NCBI GenBank assembly: GCA_021613535.1
Contig: CP075494.1
Coordinates: 5,456,001-5,520,000, forward strand
DNA length: 64,000 nucleotides
DNA from: Adineta vaga
Taxonomy: Eukaryota > Animalia > Rotifera
Reading direction: 5' to 3'
Below the pieces are notes generated by a model that did not search any database, was not told the origin of the DNA, and saw only the letters and a program-made list of their open reading frames with translations. Made by a program: the position numbers and the translations under genes. Positions 26,813 to 38,029 of the stretch are shown here, one piece after another (the stretch's first letter is position 1; every line of letters begins with the position of its first letter).

Positions 26813-27843
26813 ATTTAGTTAAAAAGCGAATGTGACCCTTAATGAAATTTATGTGATTCAATATATGCATAAAAATAAACATATATATCATCTACCTTCG
26901 AGCAAAAACAAACAATTGTTCTTCGTTACAACAATGTACAACAAATTGTATATCTGAAATATCAAACTTTATTGATACTTATAATTAATATTAAATGTAA
27001 TCATCTCATCTTTCTCTGTCTTTATATAGGTTGCTCACTGGGAAAAAAACCAGTGTACAAAGCATACACTGAAAGCAGATGAGTCATTCTGTTGTAAAAA
27101 AAAACATTGCGAAAGAGTAGATGCAATTGTTATTCCGAAGAGAGAGAGAGAGAGTACTATTTTTTCCAGCTGGTAAATATTTTCATTAAACATAAAAAAG
27201 TTATTAAATTCGAAACCTTTTCGAGATATTACTATATCATTATCCAATCATCGAGGCATAACTTTTTTTTATTAATAATCGAACATCATATGTCTTGACA
27301 TTAAGAAATATTCTAATCTTGAACAATTGCCACACAATACATAGTCTTTCTCTCAGCTACTTAAAAATACTCATATTCTTATTGAAAGAAATGTAATACT
27401 ATGCTGTTTTTTTCTCTCATCATTTTGCGTGTTTATATCAAATGCATTAACTAATATCAACCATAACGCCCATACACTTATCACAATACATCGAATTTAA
27501 TTGTATTCCTATACTTAAAGAAAAGACTACAGATATCAACTAGTTAATATCATGCTTCTATTTTGGATTACCACCCACATGAGAGTGTGGTACTTGTTTC
27601 CTTAAAGCTACATACAATGAATGATTCATCGTTTTCTTCGTTCTGTTGACAATGCAGAACGAGAAATAGAGAAAAATACTCGCGTCATTTTTTTTCTTTC
27701 TTTCCTGTATATGCGTCATGCTTTTCTATGCGTGTTTTTTGCTACGTCATGCTCACAAATACACTATCAAAGTTGCCTATAAAAATGAACGTTTTTTGTT
27801 CAAGCATTCAGTCAAGCTTTGTTTATTTACATTTCAACGTACA

Positions 27844-28605
27844 ATGTCTTCACAAATCAAAATTAGTCGACGACCTTCAAATGAACGTGGACATGCTGAT
27901 CATGGTTGGTTAAAAAGTTTTCATACATGGTCATTCGCATCTTATCATGATCCACATTTTTCTCATCATGGTTGTCTTCGTGTTTTAAATGAAGATCGTG
28001 TTCAACCAACATCAGGTTTTGATACACATTCTCATCAAGAATATGAAATCTTTTCATATATTGTTGATGGTGAATTACAACATAAAGATTCTATGGGTAA
28101 TACAGAAATCATTCATCGTGGTGAAGTTCAATTTACATCAGCTGGCACTGGTATTCAACATTCAGAATATAATGTTAATAAATCTTTATGGGTTCATTTT
28201 ATTCAAATATGGGTGAAACCAAATCAATCCAAACTTCGACCATCTTATACAACAAAAAAATGGTCGGATAATGATAAACTCAATCGACTTTGTTTATTGA
28301 TTGATGATATTAAAAATATCAATAAGGATATAATTCCTATACATGCATCATTATCCATGTATGCTAGCATATTAGAACAAAATCAATCAATTGAACATCA
28401 ATTTCAAAGATCAAAAGGATATATTCATTTAATAATGCGAAGTGGATATAAAGTAAATAATGGGGCAAAACTTCGATTGGGAGATGGTACTATTTTAGAA
28501 GAAGGTGATGGTGCATTTATTACTTGTGACAAAAATCAAAGTAAATTAACAATTGAAAATATCGGATTAATTAATGCTGAATTTTTGTTATTTGATCTTG
28601 ATTAA
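27844..28605 (+). CDS. Pirin-like bicupin (YhhW/quercetin 2,3-dioxygenase type)
   Basis: RGHADHGWL.SFHTWSFA, LRVLNEDRV, GFDTHSH..EIFSY, HKDSMGN, SAGTGIQHSE, IQIW. Likely start MSSQ at 27844. Intronless. Confidence 0.92.
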   Translation: MSSQIKISRRPSNERGHADHGWLKSFHTWSFASYHDPHFSHHGCLRVLNEDRVQPTSGFDTHSHQEYEIFSYIVDGELQHKDSMGNTEIIHRGEVQFTSAGTGIQHSEYNVNKSLWVHFIQIWVKPNQSKLRPSYTTKKWSDNDKLNRLCLLIDDIKNINKDIIPIHASLSMYASILEQNQSIEHQFQRSKGYIHLIMRSGYKVNNGAKLRLGDGTILEEGDGAFITCDKNQSKLTIENIGLINAEFLLFDLD

Positions 28606-28855
28606 ATATTGCATTTTTTTCCTGTTTTTTGCATCTATTCTCACAATAAAATTCATCATACTGTTACTTATTCTATAAACATGTGACAAAAAAAATGTGT
28701 TCCGTCAAAAGAGCACCTGACTAAAACAAAAAAAAATAAGCTCTTTTTTCTCGTCATCGCACGGAATATAGTTGCACAACGACATCTTATTTTTCATGGA
28801 ACATGTAATCATAAAAATGAATAAAACAGATTTTATTCTAGATTGATCGTTTCAA

Positions 28856-29998
28856 ATGACGCTTCAGTTTCCTTCTCCGTATGATAAAATACTTCCTGAT
28901 AAAATAAAGATCGTTTTACCTTCATCCGATGCACTTAATTCTACTATTGTTAATCGTATTACTGGTTCTTTAATTGGTCTTGCAGTAGGCGATGCTCTTG
29001 GGGCTAGTGTTGAATTTCGTCCACGAGATTATCTTATCAAAAATCCCGTTGAAGATATGCAAACTGGTGGTACGTGGAATTTGAAGGCAGGTCAATGGAC
29101 GGATGATACCTCAATGGCACTATGTCTTGCATCATCTCTCATTACTCATAAAGGTTTTAATTCGTATGATCAAATGGTTCGTTATAAATGGTGGTATAAA
29201 CATGGTTATTTATCATCTACAGGACATTGTTTTGATATTGGTAATGCTACTCGTGCAGCATTAGAAGAATTTTATCGTCGTCAAAATGTTATGAAGAGAA
29301 GTAGGAAATTACATACTGATTTCGATGTTGATCAATTATCAATTGAAGTGATAAAAAAAGAAAAGTTTGATGTTAATTGTAGTCGGCCAGGTGTTGCTGG
29401 AAATGGAGCTCTAATGCGACTTGCTCCTGTGCCACTATTTTTCTATCAAGTACCTTCGCTTGCTATTGAATTATCTGGTCGAAGTGCACGCCTTACACAT
29501 GGTAATATATTAGCTATTGATGCCTGTCGTTATTATGGAGCTTTAATTGTTGCTGCTGTTCACGGTGAATCTAAGGAACAATTACTTAGTGATACATTTT
29601 ATGATGATCATAAATTATGGTTTGGTACAGAAACACTTCATTCAGATATAATGAGTATTGCAAATGGATCTTATAAACAATCAAAAGGTTACAAGGATGG
29701 AATTCGCGGAAAAGGTTTTGTTGTTTTTACACTTCAAGCAGCTTTATGGGCATTTTGGAGTACAGATTCATTTGAAAAAGGTGTTATCAATGCTGTTAAT
29801 TTAGGTGATGATACTGATACTACAGCCGCTATTTATGGACAATTAGCCGGCGCATATTATGGTTATAATAGTATTCCAGATAAATGGACGGATAAACTTT
29901 ATGCTCATCGATTTATTGAATGTATTGCTCAATGGTTACAAGTGTTAAGTTATTCAGAGACTACAGAAACTGCACATTCGCAATCCAACCAAGTCTAA
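28856..29998 (+). CDS. ADP-ribosylglycohydrolase (ARH/DraG family)
   Basis: AVGDALG, WTDDTSM, FDIG, GNGALMRLAP, LTH, GDDTDTTAAIYGQLAGA: the metal-binding motifs are intact. Confidence 0.95.
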   Translation: MTLQFPSPYDKILPDKIKIVLPSSDALNSTIVNRITGSLIGLAVGDALGASVEFRPRDYLIKNPVEDMQTGGTWNLKAGQWTDDTSMALCLASSLITHKGFNSYDQMVRYKWWYKHGYLSSTGHCFDIGNATRAALEEFYRRQNVMKRSRKLHTDFDVDQLSIEVIKKEKFDVNCSRPGVAGNGALMRLAPVPLFFYQVPSLAIELSGRSARLTHGNILAIDACRYYGALIVAAVHGESKEQLLSDTFYDDHKLWFGTETLHSDIMSIANGSYKQSKGYKDGIRGKGFVVFTLQAALWAFWSTDSFEKGVINAVNLGDDTDTTAAIYGQLAGAYYGYNSIPDKWTDKLYAHRFIECIAQWLQVLSYSETTETAHSQSNQV

Positions 29999-30459
29999 AA
30001 ACAAAGATACAAGCTAAACTATGAAATCAGCAATGAGCCTTTGCACAAGGACTTTTTAATTTTTTTGTAAATACGAAAAACTGGAAAATACAAACTATTA
30101 TAATGGCGTCTCAAACAAAAAAAAACACACGATTATAAATAAGATCGGTCGTTGTTTTTTAATTTTAAATATAGCAAACACAATTCTATACTTCCTACCA
30201 TAAAAAAAATGAATCCAATATTGATCGAGGATTGATGTTGTTACAAGAAATACTTTTTCTTCTCTGAAAAAGTGTGAGAAGAAGAAAAATCTTTTTACAG
30301 TTTATTTGCACAAAAAAGAAAGTACGTTGACAGTTTTGATTTTTAACAAAATAAAGGTAAGTTTTTATAGTCGCAAATGTCTGATTCAGAAGAGAGAAGT
30401 CTGGCAGTTGTTTTTACTATTTAATTCACAAGTTTCTGATTTAAATTATACTAGTAATC

Positions 30460-33400
30460 ATGGGTTGTTCCATTTCGAAAGCAGCTCAAACGACAGACTC
30501 GTCCATAGCCGTAATCAATCCTAATTATCCAATAAAAAGAATATCTACTTCTTCAGTACACAGTGATTTATCAACAAAAATAAGTAGCGTTTCAGTTCAA
30601 AAGGTCACTACATCCATTACTCGAGAGAATCAATCTGCTAGTCCTATACAAGATGCACAACAAGACAATACTGGAGATTATATTATACTATGGATTGATT
30701 CAAATTTCAATGAAACTAAAGACAAACATCAAGATTTACTCAATAAACTTCAATGTATAACTAGTTTAGTGTATCCATGTACGAATTCAAATGAATGTAT
30801 CACATACGTCAATAATTTTGAAACGAAGAAAATATTTCTGATCATATCTGACACTTCGGTTAAGACACTCATAACAGCTATTCATGACAAACCTCAAATT
30901 GAATATATTTATATATTAATTCATGGAAAAGAACAAAAATTAGAATCAATGGCTAAATTACGATTCTTCATCGATATGGAAAGTATTAGTAATAAAATCA
31001 AATCGGATATTAATCGAATGAATTTCACTCCAATTAGTATCGTATCTAAGACAACGAAATCAAAACATTCATCAAGTGATCTCGATCCATCATTTATCTA
31101 TACATTGTTGTTGAAAGAAATTCTTCTAGAAACTGAATACAATGAGAACGCAAAAAATGAATTTGTTGAATATTGCCGTCAGAAATTTCATGAAGAACAA
31201 GATCACAAACAATTGGCTTCTTTAGATGAATTTGATAAGGAATATCATCATGATATCGCTATTCGTTGGTATACAAAAGATTGTTTTCTTTATCTAATAT
31301 TAAATGCAGCACTTCGCAATCAAGATGTGGAGAAAATCATGAAATTAGGATTTTTTGTACGCGATCTTCATGAACAGATAACAACATTATATGAAGAGCA
31401 ACGAACAAAATCAGCGCCACCAGAAATGCTTTATCGAGGTCAGGCTTTATCATACGATGTACTCGAGAAACTACAGAAGAATTCCGGAGGTCTTTTCTCG
31501 TTCAATAGTTTCCTTTCTACAAGTATTAGTCTTGTTAAATCGCAAGATTTTGCAGCTCGAGTAAATTGTACGAAACAGGATGTTCGAATTTGTTTTAAAA
31601 TAGAAGTCGATCCATCGATAACAACAGTTCCATTTGCTAACATCGAAGAAAACAGTGAATTCAAACATGAAAAAGAATTTCTTTTTTCTATGCATACTAT
31701 TTTTCGTATCAAAACTGTTGAAAAAATTTCACCAGAAACATGGCATGTCAATCTAGTTTTGGTTGATGGTAATGATTCACAAGTGAAGAAATTGATAGAT
31801 TATTTTCGGAAAGAAATTGCTGGAAAGACGTCTTGGGAACGATTGGGACAATTAATGCTTCAAATGGGTGAATTGGACCATGCAGAAAAAATCTTTCAAC
31901 CTCAACTGAATGGTAACGACGATCAAGAACAGTACGATCCAGCTCATATTCATCATCAACTTGGATTTATCTATAATGAACGTGGTGAATATCAAAGGGC
32001 GCTTGATTCCTATAGAAAAACATTAGAAATTCGACTACAATCTGATCATTCGGACGATCCAATACTCGTACCGACTTACAATAATATTGCTGCAGTACAT
32101 AAGTCAATGGGTAATCATTCATTGGCACTCACATCCTATGAACAAGTATTGAATATTGTCAGAAATTCTCAACCTTGTGATCATTATCTACTAGCTGTGA
32201 CTTATAATAATCTCGGAAATGTGTATAATTCAATGGGTAATTATTCAACTGCATTAGACTTTTTCGAAAAATCTCTTCATCTACGTGAAAAATATCTTCC
32301 ATCCAATCATCCTGATATAGGTGCCATCCATAATAATATAGGTGCAGTTTATACTTCTATGGAAAGATATCCCGAAGCACTCCTGAACTATGATAAAGCA
32401 CTAGAAATTCAAAAGATATCTCTTTCATCGAATCATCCAGCTATAGCTACTACTTATATGAACAAAGGATCAGTATACAATTCCATGGGAGATCATGAGC
32501 GTGCACTTTCCAATTACAAAGACGCTTTAGAAATTCAACGTAAATCATCACAAACAAATCATCCAGATCGTGCTTTAAATTACAACAACATTGGTTCTGT
32601 TTATTTAGCTATGAGAGAGTATTCAACTGCATTATCATACTATCAAGACGCGTTAAAAATTCAAAAGGAATTGTATAATGAAAATCATCCAATATGTGCA
32701 CTCACTTACAGTAATCTTGGTTCAGCCTATAGTTCATTAAAAAACAAAGAAGAAGCTCTTACATATCACAAGAAGGCATTTGAAATTCAACAAAAATCTC
32801 TTTCTACTGATCATCCGACGTTGGCTAATACGTGTAACAATCTTGGTACAGCTTATAGTAATATGGGTAATGCAGAGAAAGCTTTACCATTATTTCAGCA
32901 AGCACTTTCAATTCAACAGAAATCTCTTCTATCAAATCATTCCAGTCTAGCAATAACTTATAATAATATTGGACTCGCTAATCATTTTATAGGAAACAAT
33001 ACTGAAGCGCAACAATACTGTGAAAAAGCGCTCACTCTTCAACGTAGTTCTCTTCCAAAAAATCATCCATCATTAGCTATAACATACAACAATATTGCTA
33101 CGATCTATAATTCAGACAATAATCATGAGAAAGCATTATCATTTTATCAAAGTGCAATGGAAATTCAACAAAATTCTCTACCAACTGATCATCCAGATTT
33201 AGCTGCTACTTACAACAGTATTGCATCACTCTATCATGAAGTCAATGAATATTCAGATGCTCTAACATATTATGAAAAAGCACTTGAAATTGAAAAAAAA
33301 TTCCTTCCCGAAAACCATGAAGACTTAGATGTTATGTATCATAATATTGCATCGATATATTATGAACAAAAAGATTATTCGAGAGCACTTTGTAATTATA

Positions 33401-34383
33401 AAAAATCGTGCGAAATTAGAGAACAAATTCTCTCACCCAATGATCTTCAACTTGCTTCAATTTATAGTGAAATTGCTCTGATATACAATGCACTGAAAGA
33501 CTATGAAAATGAAATTGTTTTTCATCAAAAAGCTCTAGAAGTTCGTAAAAAATCTCCTTCCACGGATCCGTCATGTTTGGCCACTAATTACGCTAAATTA
33601 GCAGTTGCATACGATAAAAACAAAGATCCTAATAATGCACTTGCCTTTCACGAGAAAGCACTGGAAATTCGAGAGAAAATTCTTCCTCCTAACGATTCAT
33701 TATTGGCGAATACATACAGTAATATCGCATCGACATATTACTCATTGAAAAGATATTTAGAAGCCATCGATTTTCGTCAAAAAACAATCACAATAATCCA
33801 AACACAAACATCCCCAGGTAACGAACGAACTTTAGCCGACAACTATAGTAACGTTGCATCAGCATTTCATGAGTTAAAAGATCATCTCAAAGCGGCGGAT
33901 TTCTATCGAAAAGCAGCAGAAATAAAAGAAAAAATGCTCAATGAAGATGATCCAGTATTAGGAAACGCCTTTACAAGTGTTGCTGTTGCCTACAAATCTG
34001 CAGGCAATCAGCAAGAGGCTCTGCCATTTTATGAGAAAGCACTTGCTGTTCAAAACCGAATATTACCTGTTAATAATCAAGCATTAAATAGTCTGTATAC
34101 TATCATTGGTAGAATTCATCTATCATTAGGAAATACAACAAATGCAACTGAATACTTTGAAAAATCAATTGAAATTCAAGAATCATCATCTACACCGAAT
34201 CTATCGTCATTGGCTACGACATATTTTCATACAGCAATGACTTATGAAGCTTCAAAAGATTACGATACAGCACTCAAATATGCTGAACTTTCAGTAGATA
34301 AAGCTCGTCTCGCATTTGGACCTAATCATCCTGAAGTGAAAAGAAATGAAGAATTTGTCGATAGACTTCGTAAAAAGCAATGA
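30460..34383 (+). CDS. R-S-E clade ADP-ribosyltransferase + ~20 kinesin-light-chain-type (42-aa) TPR repeats
   Basis: WYTKD..LNAALR, LYRGQ, SFLSTS, HEKEFLF; repeats A.TYNNIG..Y..MG....AL..Y.KALEI......NHP; N-terminal MGCSIS. Confidence 0.92.
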   Translation: MGCSISKAAQTTDSSIAVINPNYPIKRISTSSVHSDLSTKISSVSVQKVTTSITRENQSASPIQDAQQDNTGDYIILWIDSNFNETKDKHQDLLNKLQCITSLVYPCTNSNECITYVNNFETKKIFLIISDTSVKTLITAIHDKPQIEYIYILIHGKEQKLESMAKLRFFIDMESISNKIKSDINRMNFTPISIVSKTTKSKHSSSDLDPSFIYTLLLKEILLETEYNENAKNEFVEYCRQKFHEEQDHKQLASLDEFDKEYHHDIAIRWYTKDCFLYLILNAALRNQDVEKIMKLGFFVRDLHEQITTLYEEQRTKSAPPEMLYRGQALSYDVLEKLQKNSGGLFSFNSFLSTSISLVKSQDFAARVNCTKQDVRICFKIEVDPSITTVPFANIEENSEFKHEKEFLFSMHTIFRIKTVEKISPETWHVNLVLVDGNDSQVKKLIDYFRKEIAGKTSWERLGQLMLQMGELDHAEKIFQPQLNGNDDQEQYDPAHIHHQLGFIYNERGEYQRALDSYRKTLEIRLQSDHSDDPILVPTYNNIAAVHKSMGNHSLALTSYEQVLNIVRNSQPCDHYLLAVTYNNLGNVYNSMGNYSTALDFFEKSLHLREKYLPSNHPDIGAIHNNIGAVYTSMERYPEALLNYDKALEIQKISLSSNHPAIATTYMNKGSVYNSMGDHERALSNYKDALEIQRKSSQTNHPDRALNYNNIGSVYLAMREYSTALSYYQDALKIQKELYNENHPICALTYSNLGSAYSSLKNKEEALTYHKKAFEIQQKSLSTDHPTLANTCNNLGTAYSNMGNAEKALPLFQQALSIQQKSLLSNHSSLAITYNNIGLANHFIGNNTEAQQYCEKALTLQRSSLPKNHPSLAITYNNIATIYNSDNNHEKALSFYQSAMEIQQNSLPTDHPDLAATYNSIASLYHEVNEYSDALTYYEKALEIEKKFLPENHEDLDVMYHNIASIYYEQKDYSRALCNYKKSCEIREQILSPNDLQLASIYSEIALIYNALKDYENEIVFHQKALEVRKKSPSTDPSCLATNYAKLAVAYDKNKDPNNALAFHEKALEIREKILPPNDSLLANTYSNIASTYYSLKRYLEAIDFRQKTITIIQTQTSPGNERTLADNYSNVASAFHELKDHLKAADFYRKAAEIKEKMLNEDDPVLGNAFTSVAVAYKSAGNQQEALPFYEKALAVQNRILPVNNQALNSLYTIIGRIHLSLGNTTNATEYFEKSIEIQESSSTPNLSSLATTYFHTAMTYEASKDYDTALKYAELSVDKARLAFGPNHPEVKRNEEFVDRLRKKQ

Positions 34384-34437
34384 GCTTGTAATTAAATTAT
34401 TCAAATTAAAAACAAAAGTACATAACAAAACATATTA

Positions 34438-35820
34438 TTAATAGCCTATACAACCGAGTGAATCAACTAAAGTACGAAAACGAGTCGATTTTTTTGATGG
34501 ATTTGAATCAAGATCAAAGTATTTCAAAGTCTTATTTTCATGACGAATGATATCGGTCAATAGTTTTACACCTCTCTTACTAATTTGATTATCAGCGAGA
34601 TATAATTGAGTGATATTCGTATTTGTTTTGAGCATTTCAGCTAAATATCGTACTCCTTGATCGGTGATATAATTTCTAGTTAGACTTAGTAGTTGAATCG
34701 AAGAAATATTTGATGTCAATGTTTGAGCTAAAATTTCAACGCTTAAATCATAGAGACCAGTTTCACGAAGATATAATTCTTTTAAACTGTAGTTGTTTGA
34801 CAAGGCAGTGACTAAGATTGACATACATTCAAGAGTAATATAATTATTATCTAATAAAAGTTTTCTGCATGCTTTGCCGATGATAGCATGTTGAGTAATG
34901 ATAGACATATCGTTCATAGTTAGATTTTGATACGTTAAATTCATTTCTCCATGATGTTGATGAAGATCAATGAGTCGTTTCAATCTAGGATTTGAATAAG
35001 CAGCTACATCTCTTTCGATCGTAGTAGTTACTGTTGATGATGGAACTGTTTTAGGTGGAATTGATGAACGATAACCACTGGACATATCGTAAAAATCAAT
35101 GAGTGGTAGTGATAGTTCGTATTCTTTTACTTGAATAATTTCTAGATCATTTCTTCGATCAAGATATCGAACAAATTGAAATTGTGTTGGAAGCAGAAGA
35201 TATTCATTTCGAGAAGGATCCGATGAATGTCGTTCGATAAATTTTGCATTTCGACATTCGAATGCAAAGACTGTTCTTGTTTTCGTATAGAACGTAGTCT
35301 GTTTAAATGATTGTGGTAGTTTAACAGATAGAGAGCAGAATGTGAAGTCCCAGAAGACAAGATAATTATCTCGTCGAATTTGTCGAGTTCGATCATGTTC
35401 AATTTCTTGATGAAAAGTAATTCTAGTCGATGGAAGACGATTCAAAGCAGTATATAATAAACTTAAATAGCATTTCCAGCGATTGAGTTGAGCATGATTT
35501 TGATCTCGAAGAGTCTTATTTAACACAAAATAAACACATTGATCATATGGTAGCGATCTCATCGAGAAAAGATAGATTGCAGCTGATTCGTCAGATGAAA
35601 GACCATCTGAAGGATTTTTACAGTTGTCTTTTGCTTGTGTTACTTTTTCGAGAATTTCTGGTAGAATTTCGACAAGTGGTTTCACCGCATTTTCTAATGA
35701 AATATCAGACGTTAGAAGTTCTACATCAATATGAAATGCCATATTTTGTGGTTCTTGAACAATATTTGTTGAATAAAATTTCTCATTTGATGTTACATTA
35801 TCAGTGTACACGTATGTCAT
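34438..35820 (-). CDS. Degenerate ART-like domain + RI-type leucine-rich repeats
   Basis: DGLSSDESAAIYLFSM..YFVLNKTLR..LLYTALNRLPS pre-ART helices; TVFAFEC..IERHS..EYLLLP; LRRs (LKELYLRETGL, IQLLSLTRNYITDQGVRYLAEML, ITQLYLADNQISKRG). Confidence 0.85.
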   Translation of the reverse strand: MTYVYTDNVTSNEKFYSTNIVQEPQNMAFHIDVELLTSDISLENAVKPLVEILPEILEKVTQAKDNCKNPSDGLSSDESAAIYLFSMRSLPYDQCVYFVLNKTLRDQNHAQLNRWKCYLSLLYTALNRLPSTRITFHQEIEHDRTRQIRRDNYLVFWDFTFCSLSVKLPQSFKQTTFYTKTRTVFAFECRNAKFIERHSSDPSRNEYLLLPTQFQFVRYLDRRNDLEIIQVKEYELSLPLIDFYDMSSGYRSSIPPKTVPSSTVTTTIERDVAAYSNPRLKRLIDLHQHHGEMNLTYQNLTMNDMSIITQHAIIGKACRKLLLDNNYITLECMSILVTALSNNYSLKELYLRETGLYDLSVEILAQTLTSNISSIQLLSLTRNYITDQGVRYLAEMLKTNTNITQLYLADNQISKRGVKLLTDIIRHENKTLKYFDLDSNPSKKSTRFRTLVDSLGCIGY

Positions 35821-36204
35821 TTGTATCTTTCTATGTTCTCGTTACAAAATGAAATGTACATAAAAGAACGTTTGTTATCCTTTTTAAAAAGAAAAAGAAT
35901 GAATAATACTGATGACGTTGACTGCTGAGTCATACCTGTAAACTTATATACTGTTCGGATCGAAATTATTTCAACGTTTCTTTCTTTTCTGAATACGAAC
36001 AAAAAAAGAGAAATACTTTTCTCACTCTGTCCTTTACCTTTGGATTGTCAAAATAGTTGCGAAAGATATCATTTTATTTCAAAGTAGATTTTATTATCTT
36101 GTTTTCTGCTATTATAAAAGGTTAACATAAGTAATTTGAAGATGATGAAAAAGCAAACAAACTATAAATTAGTTCTGCAAGCATATATTCTGAATATAAT
36201 TTGT

Positions 36205-37172
36205 TTAATTAAAGATATTTTGTGTAACTGCTGATGGTCCTGCCTTTGTAAAACGTTCTAATCGAACTTGTTCACCATTCTTTGTTTGAATAATTAATTG
36301 TCCTTGTCCTTGAACATTTAAACGTTGAATATTAGAAATTAAACCACTGACTACTGTTTCTTTTTCCATTTCTTCAGGAGGACCTGCCATCATTGTTGAC
36401 ATGACATGAGATGGTTTCCATTCGTTTAATGATGAAGTAAATTCCAATCGACAACTTAAATTGTTCACGACGCGTGCATATAGATGATACATATGTTGAC
36501 TTCCATCTTGTCGTTGTATTTCTAATTGACAGCCAATACATTCTGAATGTTGAGGAAAATCGACAATTTTCCAATCACCTTCAACGCCATTATATTGTGG
36601 TGCAGTACGATTTAATCCACTTGGGATATTCTGTGAACGAGATATTTTTACTTTACCATTCGAACTGAAGCTGACAACTATTCGAAAGAAAGAAATTCAT
36701 AGAAACAAATCTTTAGAAGAAACACTATTTTACTTGGATATAATGGCTTGGAATAGGGAGATTGAAAATGAAATGCTAGACCCAATGGTCGATTATTATG
36801 AAACAAATACACTTTCATTTCTGCATCAGTTAATTGTAATAAGATGCCAACTTTATCACCTTGTTTTATTTGATCACCAAATGATTCAACAAGAAGACAA
36901 CCACCATCCGATAAATTACCTAAATATTTCATTGCTTTTAAACCCCAACCACTTTGAAAACCTTGATCTGTTGTTAAACCAACTGATACACCACCTTGTT
37001 CTTCAGCTTCGTTTACATCTATTTCCCAAAAATATTGTCCATTTTTATCAGCTGGGTCTTTGTATAAAACATTGATCGGACTACCATAACCACTAGCACT
37101 TGTACATGTAATAGTATCACCACTGACATTGACAGCAGATGTATTTTCACTTTGTTCAACAGACCACGACAT
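36205..37172 (-). CDS. SPRY domain + META/HslJ-like domain protein (intron 36678-36733)
   Basis: GQYFWEI..SVGL..GDKVGILL..HNNRPLGLAF..PLYP/IVS (SPRY), then GDWKIV..VVNNL..MSTMMAGPPEEMEKE (META-like). Confidence 0.75.
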
Positions 37173-38029
37173 AGTCTTGATAAGAAATATCAATAAATTA
37201 ATGTACTAAAATAGAAAAAGAATTCAAGAGTTTTATGATAAAATATATTTTATCAATATTGAATAGGTTAAAAAGATCCGATGAGTACCTTTCTATTTAG
37301 AATGATAATAAAACGAGAAAAAAAAACAAGTTATATAAAGGACTCATTGAATGATTCATCTGTTGTTTTTATTATTGATAGATGCTAATGAAATATTATA
37401 GTATAAGAACGAACCTAGAAAATCGTTTCTTTCTTTTTACACGATTGATGGATATATAATAACAGTCTATCGAGAAGGTTATGTATGATATAAAATCAGT
37501 GGGAGAGAGAGAAAAAAAAGAAAGTGATATAGAATATATATGTATTTATCGTGAATCAGACATGTGATATAAAATAATTTGAAAGATGATCTAGTGACAG
37601 TGAGTGAAGAGTACAGAGAGAGAGAGAAAACAAATATTTGAAATATCAATGATTGATTGGAGAGAGTAGATGAATAAGAAGACAGTATGATCATAACGAA
37701 AGATGGCGTTTCTTTATTGATCGTTATTCTTAATATTAGTTTTGATAATAAATAGTTATCAGAGAACTTTCTGAAATAAAAGACACAGTAAATAATTTAG
37801 ATAAACGAAACTGATTTGCGGATCTAGTAAAAAAATCCCATAAAATATTATAAAAAAAAACAGAATAATTCAATTGAAAAACGTATAGAGGACAAAGCTG
37901 AGCGATATAAAATTATTTTATGACTCATGTTTTGTTGTTATCAACGAGTGAGTATAGACGAGATGATTGTTCCCTCATATCACCATTCTTTGCATTCATA
38001 TCTGTTTCTTTTGCTTTCTCATTTGTTTC

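Noticed and set aside
27718-27843. N-terminal extension of the pirin ORF
   Set aside because: Looks like promoter/UTR (contains TATAAAA); homology starts at MSSQ 27844.
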